A stretch of 64,000 nt of DNA from Arthrobacter sp. (GTDB lineage: Bacteria; Actinomycetota; Actinomycetes; Actinomycetales; Micrococcaceae), in contig NZ_JBLXAH010000005.1 of the NCBI RefSeq assembly GCF_048266065.1, forward strand, positions 117,135-181,134, given 5' to 3'. The notes below the pieces were generated by a model. It was not told the DNA's origin, did not search any database, and worked only from the letters and a program-made list of their open reading frames with translations. Shown one piece after another: positions 9,791-19,330 of the stretch (positions are counted from its first letter, which is position 1; the number at the start of each line of letters is the position of its first letter). The position numbers and the translations under genes are program-made.

Positions 9791-10999
9791 GTGTCCCCTA
9801 GTTTTCCTTGGCAGCGCACCGCACAGGGTGCGAACCTTCTCGGCTCCGACGGCCACCTGGCTACCACGATCTTCGAGGAGATCACCGTCCTGGCCGGCCG
9901 GCACGACGCGATCAACCTCGGACAGGGCTTCCCGGACACCGACGGCCCGGAGTTCATGGCCCGCGCGGCAGCGGAGAACATCATGGGCGATCACAACCAG
10001 TACGCCCCCGGAGCCGGCATTGCCGAACTGCGCGTGGCGATTGCCGCACACCAGGAGCGCTTCTATGGCCTCTCCCCCGCCCCGGACACTGAAGTTGCGG
10101 TGTCCACCGGCGCCACCGAGGCCATCGCGGCCTCGGTGCTCGCCCTGGTCAACCCGGGTGACGAGGTCGTGACCTTCGAGCCGTTCTACGACTCCTACGG
10201 CGCAACGATTGCCCTGGCAGGAGGCATCCATCGGACAGTACCGTTGCGGGCACCAGACTTCCAGCCGGATCCGGCAGACCTGGAACGAATCGTCACCGCC
10301 AATACGCGGATGATCCTGCTGAACAACCCCCACAACCCCACCGGTACTGTTTTCGGCCGCGACGTCCTCGAACACCTCGTCGAGCTCGCCATCCGCCACG
10401 ACGCGATCATCGTTTCCGACGAGGTCTACGAGCACCTGACCTTCGGTTCACCCCATATCCCCGTGGCCTCCATCGACGGGGCCTGGGACCGGACCATCAG
10501 TATCTCCTCGGCCGGCAAGACCTTCTCCTACACCGGATGGAAAGTCGGCTGGGCCTCAGGGCCGGCAGAGCTCATCGCCGCGGTGCGCACCGTCAAGCAG
10601 TTCCTGACCTACAGCTCTGGCCCCGCCTACCAGCCGGCCGTGGCCAGGGCCCTGCAACTGCCGGACAGCTATTTCGCCGACTTTGCCGCCGCCCTGGGCG
10701 ACCGCGGACGACAGCTGGCCGATGGCCTCGAGTCTGCAGGGATGACCGTCTACCGGCCCCGGGGAACGTACTTCGTGGTCGCTGACGTTGCCCCGCTGGG
10801 ATTCGACGACGCGGCCGATCTGGCCCGCCGCATGCCCGAGGCCATCGGGGTGGCGGGAATCCCGCTCTCGGTGTTCTGCCACGAGGAGGGTGCACGGGCC
10901 ACACGCACGCTGATGCGCTTCGCCTTCTGCAAGCGGCCCGGTGTCCTCACCGAGGCCACCCGACGCCTCGCCGGCCTGCCACAAGCCCAGCTCGCGTGA
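9791..10999 (+). CDS. PLP-dependent aminotransferase class I/II (YbdL/DapC-like)
   Basis: INLGQGFPD, NNPHNPTG, SDEVYEH, SAGKTFSYTGWKVG (PLP lysine), MRFAFCK. Start uncertain; GTG 9791 chosen. Confidence 0.88.
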   Translation: MSPSFPWQRTAQGANLLGSDGHLATTIFEEITVLAGRHDAINLGQGFPDTDGPEFMARAAAENIMGDHNQYAPGAGIAELRVAIAAHQERFYGLSPAPDTEVAVSTGATEAIAASVLALVNPGDEVVTFEPFYDSYGATIALAGGIHRTVPLRAPDFQPDPADLERIVTANTRMILLNNPHNPTGTVFGRDVLEHLVELAIRHDAIIVSDEVYEHLTFGSPHIPVASIDGAWDRTISISSAGKTFSYTGWKVGWASGPAELIAAVRTVKQFLTYSSGPAYQPAVARALQLPDSYFADFAAALGDRGRQLADGLESAGMTVYRPRGTYFVVADVAPLGFDDAADLARRMPEAIGVAGIPLSVFCHEEGARATRTLMRFAFCKRPGVLTEATRRLAGLPQAQLA

Positions 11000-11787
11000 G
11001 CTCGCCACCGCAGGATATGCGACGGAGGTGGCTCGCCGGAGTGGGGCAGCACGCCGAGATCGCCCCGGATGCCTGGGTTCCAGGTGCTTGGGTCCTCTCG
11101 ATCGGCGGCGCGGAGCAGTCCCACGTCAACCTCGCCGAGCCCGCCAGCATCTTCTACGAGTACCTGCGCCGTCTGGCCAACCACCTGGACCTCCTCGCCG
11201 ACCCTGGCACCCCCGTGAGGGTCCTGCACCTGGGGGCCGGCGCACTGACCCTTGCCCGCTACCTCTCGGCCACCCGTCCGGGCAGCGAACAGGTCGCTGT
11301 CGATTCCGAACGTGAGCTGCTCGGATTCGTCGTGGACACCCTTCCCGTCACCGATGCGTCCCGGCTACGCCTGGTCATCGCCGATGCCCGCGCCGTCCTC
11401 GCCGATGAGCTGGCAGGCGAACAATTCGATGCGGTCGTCTTGGATGTCTTCGCGGGGGCGGATGCCCCGGGGCATTTGCGTGCCGATGATTTCCACCTCG
11501 AGATCCAGCGGATGCTCGCACCGGGCGGCATCGCCCTGATCAACGTCGGCGATGATCCGCCGCTGGAGTTCGTGCGCCAGCAGCTGCGCGCCATGGAAGC
11601 CACCTACCGGCAGACCACGGTGGCTGCACCCACGGAGCTGTTCAGCGGGCGTTTTCCGGGGAACTTCATCCTCATGGGAACCGATACCCCGTGGGATGCC
11701 GGGCAGCTGGAAGCCTTGCGCTCCAGCGGCCCCCATCCCGGCAGCATCTTGACCGGTCTCGAACTAGATGGGTTCCGCAAACCATAG
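10996..11787 (+). CDS. Spermidine-synthase-like class I SAM-dependent methyltransferase
   Basis: LHLGAGALTL SAM-binding motif, FDAVVLDVF, LAPGGIALIN; 4-bp overlap with the aminotransferase. Confidence 0.7.
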   Translation: MSSPPQDMRRRWLAGVGQHAEIAPDAWVPGAWVLSIGGAEQSHVNLAEPASIFYEYLRRLANHLDLLADPGTPVRVLHLGAGALTLARYLSATRPGSEQVAVDSERELLGFVVDTLPVTDASRLRLVIADARAVLADELAGEQFDAVVLDVFAGADAPGHLRADDFHLEIQRMLAPGGIALINVGDDPPLEFVRQQLRAMEATYRQTTVAAPTELFSGRFPGNFILMGTDTPWDAGQLEALRSSGPHPGSILTGLELDGFRKP

Positions 11788-12333
11788 GATCGTTTCGCCG
11801 TACTTTTTCGACGCCACCGCCTCCAGCCCGTCGGGCCAGGTGGGTTCGGGCGACCGACTGGAGCGTTCCAGCACCACCAGGGCCCCGTCGTCGAGCACCG
11901 GGACGAGCGCCTGCAGGGTGGCGGCGAGCTCACTCTCGGTCAGCGGATAGGGAGGGTCCATGAAGATCAGATCCCAGCCCCGTCCCGACTCCCCCTCGGC
12001 AGCCAGGAAGGAGTTCACGGCCCCGCGGCGCACCAGCACGGCATCGGACCGCAGTTGCTTGTTCACCAGGGCGGCGTTGGCCTGGCAGATGCCAATCGCC
12101 TTGGGCGCCTGCTCGACCAGGACAACGGCTCGTGCACCGCGGCTGGCGGCCTCCACCCCGAGGGCCCCAGATCCCGCGTACAGGTCCAGGACGCGGGAGC
12201 CTTCCAGCTCGTCACGGCTCTCCAACCGGGAGAAGAGCGCTTCCTTGACCCGGTCGGTGGTGGGCCGGGTGGCATCACCGGGCACCGATTTGAGTCCCAG
12301 CCCGCCGGCGGCCCCGGCAATGATTCGTCCCAC
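11764..12333 (-). CDS. rsmD: 16S rRNA m2G966 methyltransferase
   Basis: RIIAG, RPTTDRVKEALF, LDLYAGSGALG, DPPY; between recG and coaD. Confidence 0.93.
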   Translation of the reverse strand: MGRIIAGAAGGLGLKSVPGDATRPTTDRVKEALFSRLESRDELEGSRVLDLYAGSGALGVEAASRGARAVVLVEQAPKAIGICQANAALVNKQLRSDAVLVRRGAVNSFLAAEGESGRGWDLIFMDPPYPLTESELAATLQALVPVLDDGALVVLERSSRSPEPTWPDGLEAVASKKYGETILWFAEPI

Positions 12334-12339
12334 GTTCGC

Positions 12340-14550
12340 CTATCCTCGTTCCAAAAATGCCTGCATGTCCTCGTCCACCCAACCATGGACCAGCTCGCGC
12401 AAATCCGGATGTGCTGCCATGCCACCACTGCTGGCCACGATCTGCTCGGCGTCGACGCGGGCGGCCTCGATGACCGTGCGGTCACGCACCACGCGAAGGA
12501 CCTTCAAGGTGTTCTGGCCTCCGGACTGCCGGGAGCCTAGGACGTCGCCCTCCCGGCGTTCGGCCAGGTCGGCTTCTGCCAGCTCGAACCCATCGGTGGT
12601 CGCGGCCACCGCTTCCAGCCTCCTACGGGAGGGATGCCCCGGTGGCAGCCAGGTAGCCAGCAGGCAGGTCCCCGGCAATCCACCGCGACCCACCCTGCCG
12701 CGCAGCTGGTGCAATTGCGAGACACCAAAGGAATCCGCATCCAGGATGACCATGGCGGTGGCATTATGGACGTCGACGCCGACCTCGATGACCGTTGTGG
12801 ACACCAGTATGTCGGTCTCCCCCGATTCGAATCCGGACATGGCTTCGGCCTTTTCCTCGGTGGCCATGCGCCCGTGCAGCATGCCGATCTGGACGTCGGC
12901 AAACTGTGCCATGGCGCTAAGGCGTTCGAACATCTCCTCGACAGTTGCCTTGGGCGGCATCGGCATGTCCGACGGTCCGGTAGCGTCCTTCGCGTCCTCG
13001 GTTCCCGGGACCATGTCCTCTTCGCTCGCCTGTTCCGTGATGCGTGGGCAGACCAGGTAGACCTGGTGGCCCTTCGCGACTTCCTCGCGCATCAGGGAGA
13101 ACATCCGGTCGCGGTACCGGTCGTCCTGGAGATTGGCCAGGTACGTGCTGATCGGTGCCCTGCCCGAGGGCAACTCGGCCAGGCTGCTGATCTCCAGGTC
13201 CCCGAAGGCGGTGATGGCGACCGTGCGTGGGATCGGGGTCGCGGTCATGACCAGCATGTGCGGCTGCAACTTGCCCTTCGCGCGCAGGATATCGCGTTGT
13301 TCGACACCGAAGCGGTGTTGTTCATCGACGACGACGAGACCGAGTTCGGCAAAGAACACGTTGTCCGAGAGCAGGGCGTGGGTGCCGATCACGATTCCGG
13401 TTTCACCAGAGGCGACGCGCAACAGGACTTCCTTGCGTCGGGCTGCGGGCATGGAACCAGTCAACAGGTCAACGCGGGTGCCATCCGGATCCCCGTCAAG
13501 TTGGCCTCCGCGGCCGAGGGGGCCGAGCATCCGGGAAATCGAGGCAAAGTGCTGCTGGGCGAGGACCTCAGTCGGCGCCATCAGGGCGGTCTGGCCTCCC
13601 GAGTCAATGACCTGCAACATGGCACGCAGTGCAACGATCGTCTTGCCGGAACCGACCTCGCCCTGGAGGAGCCGGTTCATGGGCCGGTCCCGGGCGAGAT
13701 CCGCGGAGATCTCCAGCCCGGCGGTGACCTGTCCCGCGGTGAGGGTGAAGGGCAGCGAGTCCTCGAAGCGGTTCAGAATGCCATCGATGCCCCCGACGCG
13801 CGCGGTGGCCGGTTGCCTGAACCGATGGGCCCGCCGTTCGGCCAACGCCAGCTGCAGGACGAGGGCCTCGTCGTAGCGGAACCGGTTCTTGGCGGCTTCG
13901 CCCTGCGCCACGGTCTCGGGGGCGTGGACGGCGTGCAGGGCACGTGCCAATTCCGGCAGTTGGTGTTTTGCCCGGAGGAATCCAGGCACCGGGTCCGGAT
14001 AGGCATCCGCATTAACCCCGGCCAAGACTACGGCCATCATGGCGCGCAACGCCTGGCTGGGGACCGCCGCGGTGGCCGGGTAGATGGGAATCGGCCGGGG
14101 TTCGGCCTCTTCAGCTGCTTCCAGCAGGGCATACTCGGGCTGGGCCAGCTGGAGCGTTTGCCGGTACACCCCGACTTTGCCGCTGAACATCGCCACGGTG
14201 CCGGGAGCCAGGTCCTTGGCCGCCTTGTAGCCATTGAAGAAGGTCATGGTCAGCCGACCATGGGCCTGTCCGAGTTCGTCCTCGACGGTGACTTGCAGGA
14301 TCATGCCCTTGCGTCGCTGCATCCTGCGCTGTTCCGAGGAGACGACCCGAGCCACGATGGTCACTGGTTCACCTAGCGGCAACTCCACGATGCGGGTCAG
14401 CTCCCCGACGTCGAGGTACCGGCGCGGGAAGTGGTGCAGCAAGTCACCGCAGCTTTCGTACCCGAAGGCCTTGCGGACGGATTCCGCTGACTTCTCGCCG
14501 ACGGCATTCCGCAGAGGCGTGGCCGGGCCGAATGAGGTCGAGTCAGTCAT
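12340..14550 (-). CDS. recG: ATP-dependent DNA helicase RecG
   Basis: LLQGEVGSGKT, DEQHRFG, MTATPIPRT, HQLRGRVGRG; start placed at MTDSTS (14550). Confidence 0.95.
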   Translation of the reverse strand: MTDSTSFGPATPLRNAVGEKSAESVRKAFGYESCGDLLHHFPRRYLDVGELTRIVELPLGEPVTIVARVVSSEQRRMQRRKGMILQVTVEDELGQAHGRLTMTFFNGYKAAKDLAPGTVAMFSGKVGVYRQTLQLAQPEYALLEAAEEAEPRPIPIYPATAAVPSQALRAMMAVVLAGVNADAYPDPVPGFLRAKHQLPELARALHAVHAPETVAQGEAAKNRFRYDEALVLQLALAERRAHRFRQPATARVGGIDGILNRFEDSLPFTLTAGQVTAGLEISADLARDRPMNRLLQGEVGSGKTIVALRAMLQVIDSGGQTALMAPTEVLAQQHFASISRMLGPLGRGGQLDGDPDGTRVDLLTGSMPAARRKEVLLRVASGETGIVIGTHALLSDNVFFAELGLVVVDEQHRFGVEQRDILRAKGKLQPHMLVMTATPIPRTVAITAFGDLEISSLAELPSGRAPISTYLANLQDDRYRDRMFSLMREEVAKGHQVYLVCPRITEQASEEDMVPGTEDAKDATGPSDMPMPPKATVEEMFERLSAMAQFADVQIGMLHGRMATEEKAEAMSGFESGETDILVSTTVIEVGVDVHNATAMVILDADSFGVSQLHQLRGRVGRGGLPGTCLLATWLPPGHPSRRRLEAVAATTDGFELAEADLAERREGDVLGSRQSGGQNTLKVLRVVRDRTVIEAARVDAEQIVASSGGMAAHPDLRELVHGWVDEDMQAFLERG

Positions 14551-15505
14551 CGTGGGTGCACAGGTCGGTAACCGAGATGTTGACCGGTTCACCGGCCTGG
14601 CGCATGGCGTCGAGGGCCTCCTCGGCCCGTGGGGCGTGGACGTGGACACGCCATCGGTAGCCGTCGGCTCCGTCGCTGACGGCGCTCATCACCACCGACG
14701 TCCCGATGGAGTCCAAACGCGCCCTCAACGTGGCCGCCTCCAAGGCGTCCAGGGCGATGGTGCACATCACTTCGACGCCCTCCTCGGCCTCGCTGACGGA
14801 GTGGATGTGCGGGTCCTGGATCCCATACCCGTGCAGCGGCGTATACCGCGATTCGTCGAGCCCGTCGCCGGTGACTGCAGCGTACAAGGTGTCGATGACC
14901 AGCATCATGCCCACGGCTCCGGCATCAACGACCCGGGCCGTCGACAGTGCCCCGAGCTGGCTCTCCGTACTGACCACGGAGGCCAGGACGGCGGATTGCA
15001 CGGCGTCCAGGACTTCCCGCAGATGCGCCCGGCTGGATGGGTCGGCCGTGGAGGCGGTCAGGGCGCCGGTCGCCGCCCGGGCGGCGGCCTCGGCCACGGA
15101 GAGCATGGTCCCCGGTACCGGATCGCTCAGGGCCGACCAGGCCCGGACCCGACCTCGTTCTAGTGCCGCTGCCAGAAGTGGACCAGTCAATCGTTGGTGC
15201 CCCCGCAGTGGCTCGGAGAAGCCCACGAGGTAGACGGCCAAAAGTGTCCCCGAGTTGCCGCGAGCGGACTCCATCCCCGCCCGGCCGGCCGTGGCCAGGA
15301 AGTCTCCCAGGTCATCGGATTCCAGAACGGAGACAGCGTCGTGGGCGGTTCGGGCCGTGAGGTAGAGGTTCGATCCTGTGTCGCCGTCCGCCACGGGGAA
15401 GATGTTGATGGCATCCAGCCGGTCGCTGTGGTTGGCCAGCGAGCCCACCATGGACTCCAGCCACGCAGCAGCCGCAGGCACTCCCGTGGCGATCTTGCCG
15501 GTCAT
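14543..15505 (-). CDS. DAK2 (DhaL) domain protein, short FakA-like
   Basis: INIFPVADGDTGSNL, ARGNSG, PVPGTMLSV, VVDAGAVG, RVHVH; immediately upstream of recG. Confidence 0.85.
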   Translation of the reverse strand: MTGKIATGVPAAAAWLESMVGSLANHSDRLDAINIFPVADGDTGSNLYLTARTAHDAVSVLESDDLGDFLATAGRAGMESARGNSGTLLAVYLVGFSEPLRGHQRLTGPLLAAALERGRVRAWSALSDPVPGTMLSVAEAAARAATGALTASTADPSSRAHLREVLDAVQSAVLASVVSTESQLGALSTARVVDAGAVGMMLVIDTLYAAVTGDGLDESRYTPLHGYGIQDPHIHSVSEAEEGVEVMCTIALDALEAATLRARLDSIGTSVVMSAVSDGADGYRWRVHVHAPRAEEALDAMRQAGEPVNISVTDLCTHDD

Positions 15506-15527
15506 GTATTTTCCCCTTACGGGACGG

Positions 15528-16559
15528 TTAGAGCCCGTGCGAACGCACGAATTCGTCGACGTTATCGTGTGACAAGGCGGTGGCCAATTCATCGATGGCG
15601 TCATTGTCGGGAAGCACGATGGACTGCCCGTCCGCCGAGCGCCCCGTGCCGAGGTTCGGCAGCGTGAAGAAGTGCATGTCCTTGCTGCGCACACCTGCCA
15701 GTGACACTCCGAGTTTGCCAACTTCAACTGCACCGAAGCTTTCGTCGACAGCGACGTAGGGAGAAATTTCGTTGACTACGTCTGAAAGCTTGGCCGGGTT
15801 GGCCAGTGTTTCGGGAGTCATCAGCTTCGAAACCACTGCTTTAATAAAGCTCTGTTGATTCTTCACACGCTGGTAGTCACCATCTTTGAACGATTTCCGT
15901 TCGCGAACGAAGGCCAGAGCCTTATCGCCGACCAAATGCGTTTTGCCAGCCGTGAAGTCGTAGTGGCCATACCCGGAAGTGAAGCTCGTCGGGACATTGA
16001 CGTCGACGCCCCCAATGGCCTCCGTTAGGCCTTTAAAACCTTCCATGTCGATGGATGCGACATGGTCGATACGCGTGTCAAGAAGGGTCTCAATGGTCTG
16101 CACTGCCAATGGCACCCCGCCGTAGGAAAAAGCGGCGTTGATCTTGTGCGTGCCCTTGCCTGGAATCGGAACCCAGGTATCGCGCATAATCGACGTGACG
16201 AAGACATCCTTGCGGTCGGCAGGTACATGCACCAGCATGATGGTGTCCGAGCGTCCTGCGTTTGGTACACCATTCAGGTTTTCTTTTTCGCCTGAACCGC
16301 CACCTGAATCGCTACCGAGCAAAAGTATGTTCTTGGCGGAAGTGTCCTTCTTTTCTGGACGCAGCGTCTCGGCTGGGAACGCCGATTCGATCTTCTCGCT
16401 CTTGTTGTCAAAGCTCTTGGCCAACGAGAACAGATACCCCCCGGCAACGATGGCAGCGATCACGACGAGTGACAACAACGTGATGATCGTCGCCCGGACC
16501 GGATGATTCTTCTTGCGCTCCGGTTGCCCGTAGTCGTAATCCATGTTCTCTTCGGACAT
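15528..16559 (-). CDS. LCP family wall-polymer ligase, copy 2
   Basis: TM anchor; LLGSD, RSDTIMLVH, RDTW, KINAA, VRER, GDYQRVKNQ. Confidence 0.9.
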   Translation of the reverse strand: MSEENMDYDYGQPERKKNHPVRATIITLLSLVVIAAIVAGGYLFSLAKSFDNKSEKIESAFPAETLRPEKKDTSAKNILLLGSDSGGGSGEKENLNGVPNAGRSDTIMLVHVPADRKDVFVTSIMRDTWVPIPGKGTHKINAAFSYGGVPLAVQTIETLLDTRIDHVASIDMEGFKGLTEAIGGVDVNVPTSFTSGYGHYDFTAGKTHLVGDKALAFVRERKSFKDGDYQRVKNQQSFIKAVVSKLMTPETLANPAKLSDVVNEISPYVAVDESFGAVEVGKLGVSLAGVRSKDMHFFTLPNLGTGRSADGQSIVLPDNDAIDELATALSHDNVDEFVRSHGL

Positions 16560-16625
16560 GTCAGCCTTTCGTAGCCATGCTTGCCGTCCCATCCTAGCGG
16601 TGACCAGACGCGATACAGTGGATGG

Positions 16626-17120
16626 GTGCGTCTGCCTGTTGATCTCCTTGTCCGCTACCGCGCGGTTCCTGCCTTGCTCCTTCTCGGTTCGGGGTTGGCC
16701 CTGGCCGGGTGTTCATCGCCGGCGAATGTGGAACCGGCAGGTGACGCGTCGAATCCGCGCTGTGCCGACATGATGGTGACGATGCCGGATGAGGTCGCCG
16801 GATACAAGTTGCGGGACACGACCAGCCAGGCCACCGCAGTCTGGGGCGATCCGTCGAAGATCATCCTCCGGTGCGGCGTGAATGTGCCGGGCCCCACCAC
16901 CGATCCCTGTGTGTCCGTCAACGGGGTCGATTGGGTGGCCAAAGAGGGCGAGGCTGCGTGGACGTTGACGACCTACGGGAGGACTCCTGCCACCGAGGTA
17001 CTGTTCAATCCAGACGAGGTCCCGTCCAGCTCCGTGCTGGCCCAACTGGCCAGTGCCGCTGAACGCATACCGGCTGACCGTCAGTGCAGCACGCTCGAAA
17101 AATCTGAAGATCTTCCCTGA
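16626..17120 (+). CDS. DUF3515-family lipoprotein
   Basis: Lipobox LAGC; WGDP..IILRCGV, CVSVNGVDW, TTYGRTPA; typical neighbour of ddl. Confidence 0.75.
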   Translation: MRLPVDLLVRYRAVPALLLLGSGLALAGCSSPANVEPAGDASNPRCADMMVTMPDEVAGYKLRDTTSQATAVWGDPSKIILRCGVNVPGPTTDPCVSVNGVDWVAKEGEAAWTLTTYGRTPATEVLFNPDEVPSSSVLAQLASAAERIPADRQCSTLEKSEDLP

Positions 17121-17174
17121 CGCACCCTGGGGCGCCGCCGTGCACGGAATGTTCGTGCCCGGGGATGAGTCCGG

Positions 17175-18299
17175 CTAGCGCAGACCGGTCGGCCGGTTCA
17201 AGGCCAGCCAGATCAACTCGTCGACCAGCTCGGCGTACGCAATCCCGGTCTCGCCCCAGATGCGCGGGTACATGCTGATGGGGGTGAACCCGGGCATGGT
17301 GTTGATCTCATTGATCACCCACCGGCCATCGGTGGTGTAGAAGAAATCGACCCGGGCCAGCCCCTCCCCGCCAATGGCGTCAAAGGCGATAGCGGCTTGT
17401 TCGCGGATTGCAGTGACCTGCGCCGGGGGCAGGTCGGCAGGGCAGCTGAGTTCGGCGGCTCCCCCATCAACGTATTTGGCGTTGAAGTCGTAGAACGTAT
17501 CCGCTCCAGCTGTGACGACGATTTCCCCGGGCAACGATGTGCGGGGCAGATCCGCACCGCGCCCTTCGAGGACGCCGCATTCGATCTCGCGGCCGCCGAT
17601 TCCTTGTTCGATGATGACCTTCGGGTCGTGTTCGCGGGCCGCCTCGACGGCCTCAACGAGACCAGCCTCATCGGCGACGCGGCTCACCCCGACGGAGGAT
17701 CCGGCCCGTGCGGGCTTGACGAAGAGCGGGTAGGCCAAACGCGCCACACGCTGGAGGCAACGCTCCCGATCCCGCTGCCACTGCTTGTCGGTGATCACCT
17801 CGTAGGGACCCACTTCGAGTCCGCCAGCTTCAAAGGCCAGCTTGGCGAAGTGCTTGTCCATGCCGATCGCGCTGGCGGCAACGCCAGAACCCACGTATGG
17901 GATGTCCGCGAGTTCGAGTAGACCCTGGACTGTCCCATCCTCGCCAAAGGAGCCATGCAGTACGGGGAAGACGACGTCGACCGATCCCAGACTCCGGAAG
18001 GCACCCTTTGAACTGTGCCCGATCAGCTCGCTGCCCCCGTTGGTCCGGGCCAACTGCAGGGATTCCCCACTGGGCTCGACCTCCGGGGTGCTTCCGGAAC
18101 TCAGCGACCAGGATTCAGGGTCGGCCTCGGTGATTGTCCATTGGCCCTGGCGCGTGATGCCGATGGGAACGACCTCATATTTTGCGGGGTCGAGCACGCG
18201 CAGGATGCCCGCGGCCGTGACGCAGCTGACGGCGTGTTCGGGTGAGCGGCCACCGAAGAGCAGGGCCACCCGTGTCCTGGCGTTGTTCTCCTGGCTCAT
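17175..18299 (-). CDS. ddl: D-alanine-D-alanine ligase
   Basis: LFGGRSPEHAVS, HGSFGEDG, GSSVG, FYDFNAKY, EINTMPGFT. Confidence 0.95.
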   Translation of the reverse strand: MSQENNARTRVALLFGGRSPEHAVSCVTAAGILRVLDPAKYEVVPIGITRQGQWTITEADPESWSLSSGSTPEVEPSGESLQLARTNGGSELIGHSSKGAFRSLGSVDVVFPVLHGSFGEDGTVQGLLELADIPYVGSGVAASAIGMDKHFAKLAFEAGGLEVGPYEVITDKQWQRDRERCLQRVARLAYPLFVKPARAGSSVGVSRVADEAGLVEAVEAAREHDPKVIIEQGIGGREIECGVLEGRGADLPRTSLPGEIVVTAGADTFYDFNAKYVDGGAAELSCPADLPPAQVTAIREQAAIAFDAIGGEGLARVDFFYTTDGRWVINEINTMPGFTPISMYPRIWGETGIAYAELVDELIWLALNRPTGLR

Positions 18300-19330
18300 G
18301 AGGCTTCTCCTTCGGATTTGAGTTCGCGTCCCAACAGGCGTTCGGCCATGTCGGAGACCGTGAGGTGGCCCTCGAGGACCATGACCACTGCTTCGGTGAT
18401 GGGCATTTCCACGTCGACGCTGTGAGCCCGGTCCAGTACGGCGCGTGCCGACTTGATGCCTTCCGCCGTCTGGGTCATCACCTCGTTGACGTCATCGAGG
18501 CTGAGGCCGCTGCCGAGGTGTCGGCCGGCCGTCCGGTTCCGCGATAGCGGTGATGAGCACGTGGCGACCAGGTCACCGAGACCGGCGAGCCCGGACATCG
18601 TCTCCAGCTGGCCGCCGACAGCCAGCGCCAGTCGGGTGGTCTCGGCGAGACCGCGCGTGATGACTGAGGCCTTGGTGTTGTCCCCCATGCCACGTCCATC
18701 GCAGATGCCCACGGCGAGGGCAATGACGTTCTTCACGATGCCACCGATCTCGACACCGATGAGGTCCGTGTTCGTGTACGGCCGGAAATATTCGGGCGAA
18801 CAGGCGTTGGCGATCCACGCCGCGGTGTCCTCATCCGGGCAGGCCACGACCGAGGCGGTTGGTTCCTCCCGGGCGATTTCCATGGCCAGGTTGGGCCCGG
18901 AGACCACGGCGATGGCGTCTTGCGGCCAGGACAGTTCCTCGGCGATGACCTCGGTCATGCGGGCGTCGGTTTCCCGTTCGAGCCCCTTCATCAGGGAGAC
19001 GATCACTGACCCTGCGGGAATGAGGTGACCGACCTCCCGCAATTGTTGGCGGAGCTGCTGTGCGGGTACCGCCAGGACCACCATTTCGGCACTGTCCAGC
19101 ACCGCCGCGGCATCGTCGGATGCCGTGATGTTGTGCGGGAGCCTGGTTTCCTTCAAATAGGTGGCATTGGTGTGCCGGGTGGTGATTTCTTCGGCGACCT
19201 CGGCTCGGCGTGCCCAGAGCTGGACGGCCGTCCCGTCGTTGGCGCAGGAATCGGCGAGGACCTTGGCGAAGGTCGTCCCCCAGCTGCCTGCGCCGAGGAC
19301 GGCGATCTTGCGGGGGGCGGCGGGCCTCAT
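18296..19330 (-). CDS. gpsA: NAD(P)H-dependent glycerol-3-phosphate dehydrogenase
   Basis: GAGSWGT, KGLE, SGPNLA, KNVIA, GLAGLGDL, SRN. Confidence 0.95.
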   Translation of the reverse strand: MRPAAPRKIAVLGAGSWGTTFAKVLADSCANDGTAVQLWARRAEVAEEITTRHTNATYLKETRLPHNITASDDAAAVLDSAEMVVLAVPAQQLRQQLREVGHLIPAGSVIVSLMKGLERETDARMTEVIAEELSWPQDAIAVVSGPNLAMEIAREEPTASVVACPDEDTAAWIANACSPEYFRPYTNTDLIGVEIGGIVKNVIALAVGICDGRGMGDNTKASVITRGLAETTRLALAVGGQLETMSGLAGLGDLVATCSSPLSRNRTAGRHLGSGLSLDDVNEVMTQTAEGIKSARAVLDRAHSVDVEMPITEAVVMVLEGHLTVSDMAERLLGRELKSEGEAS

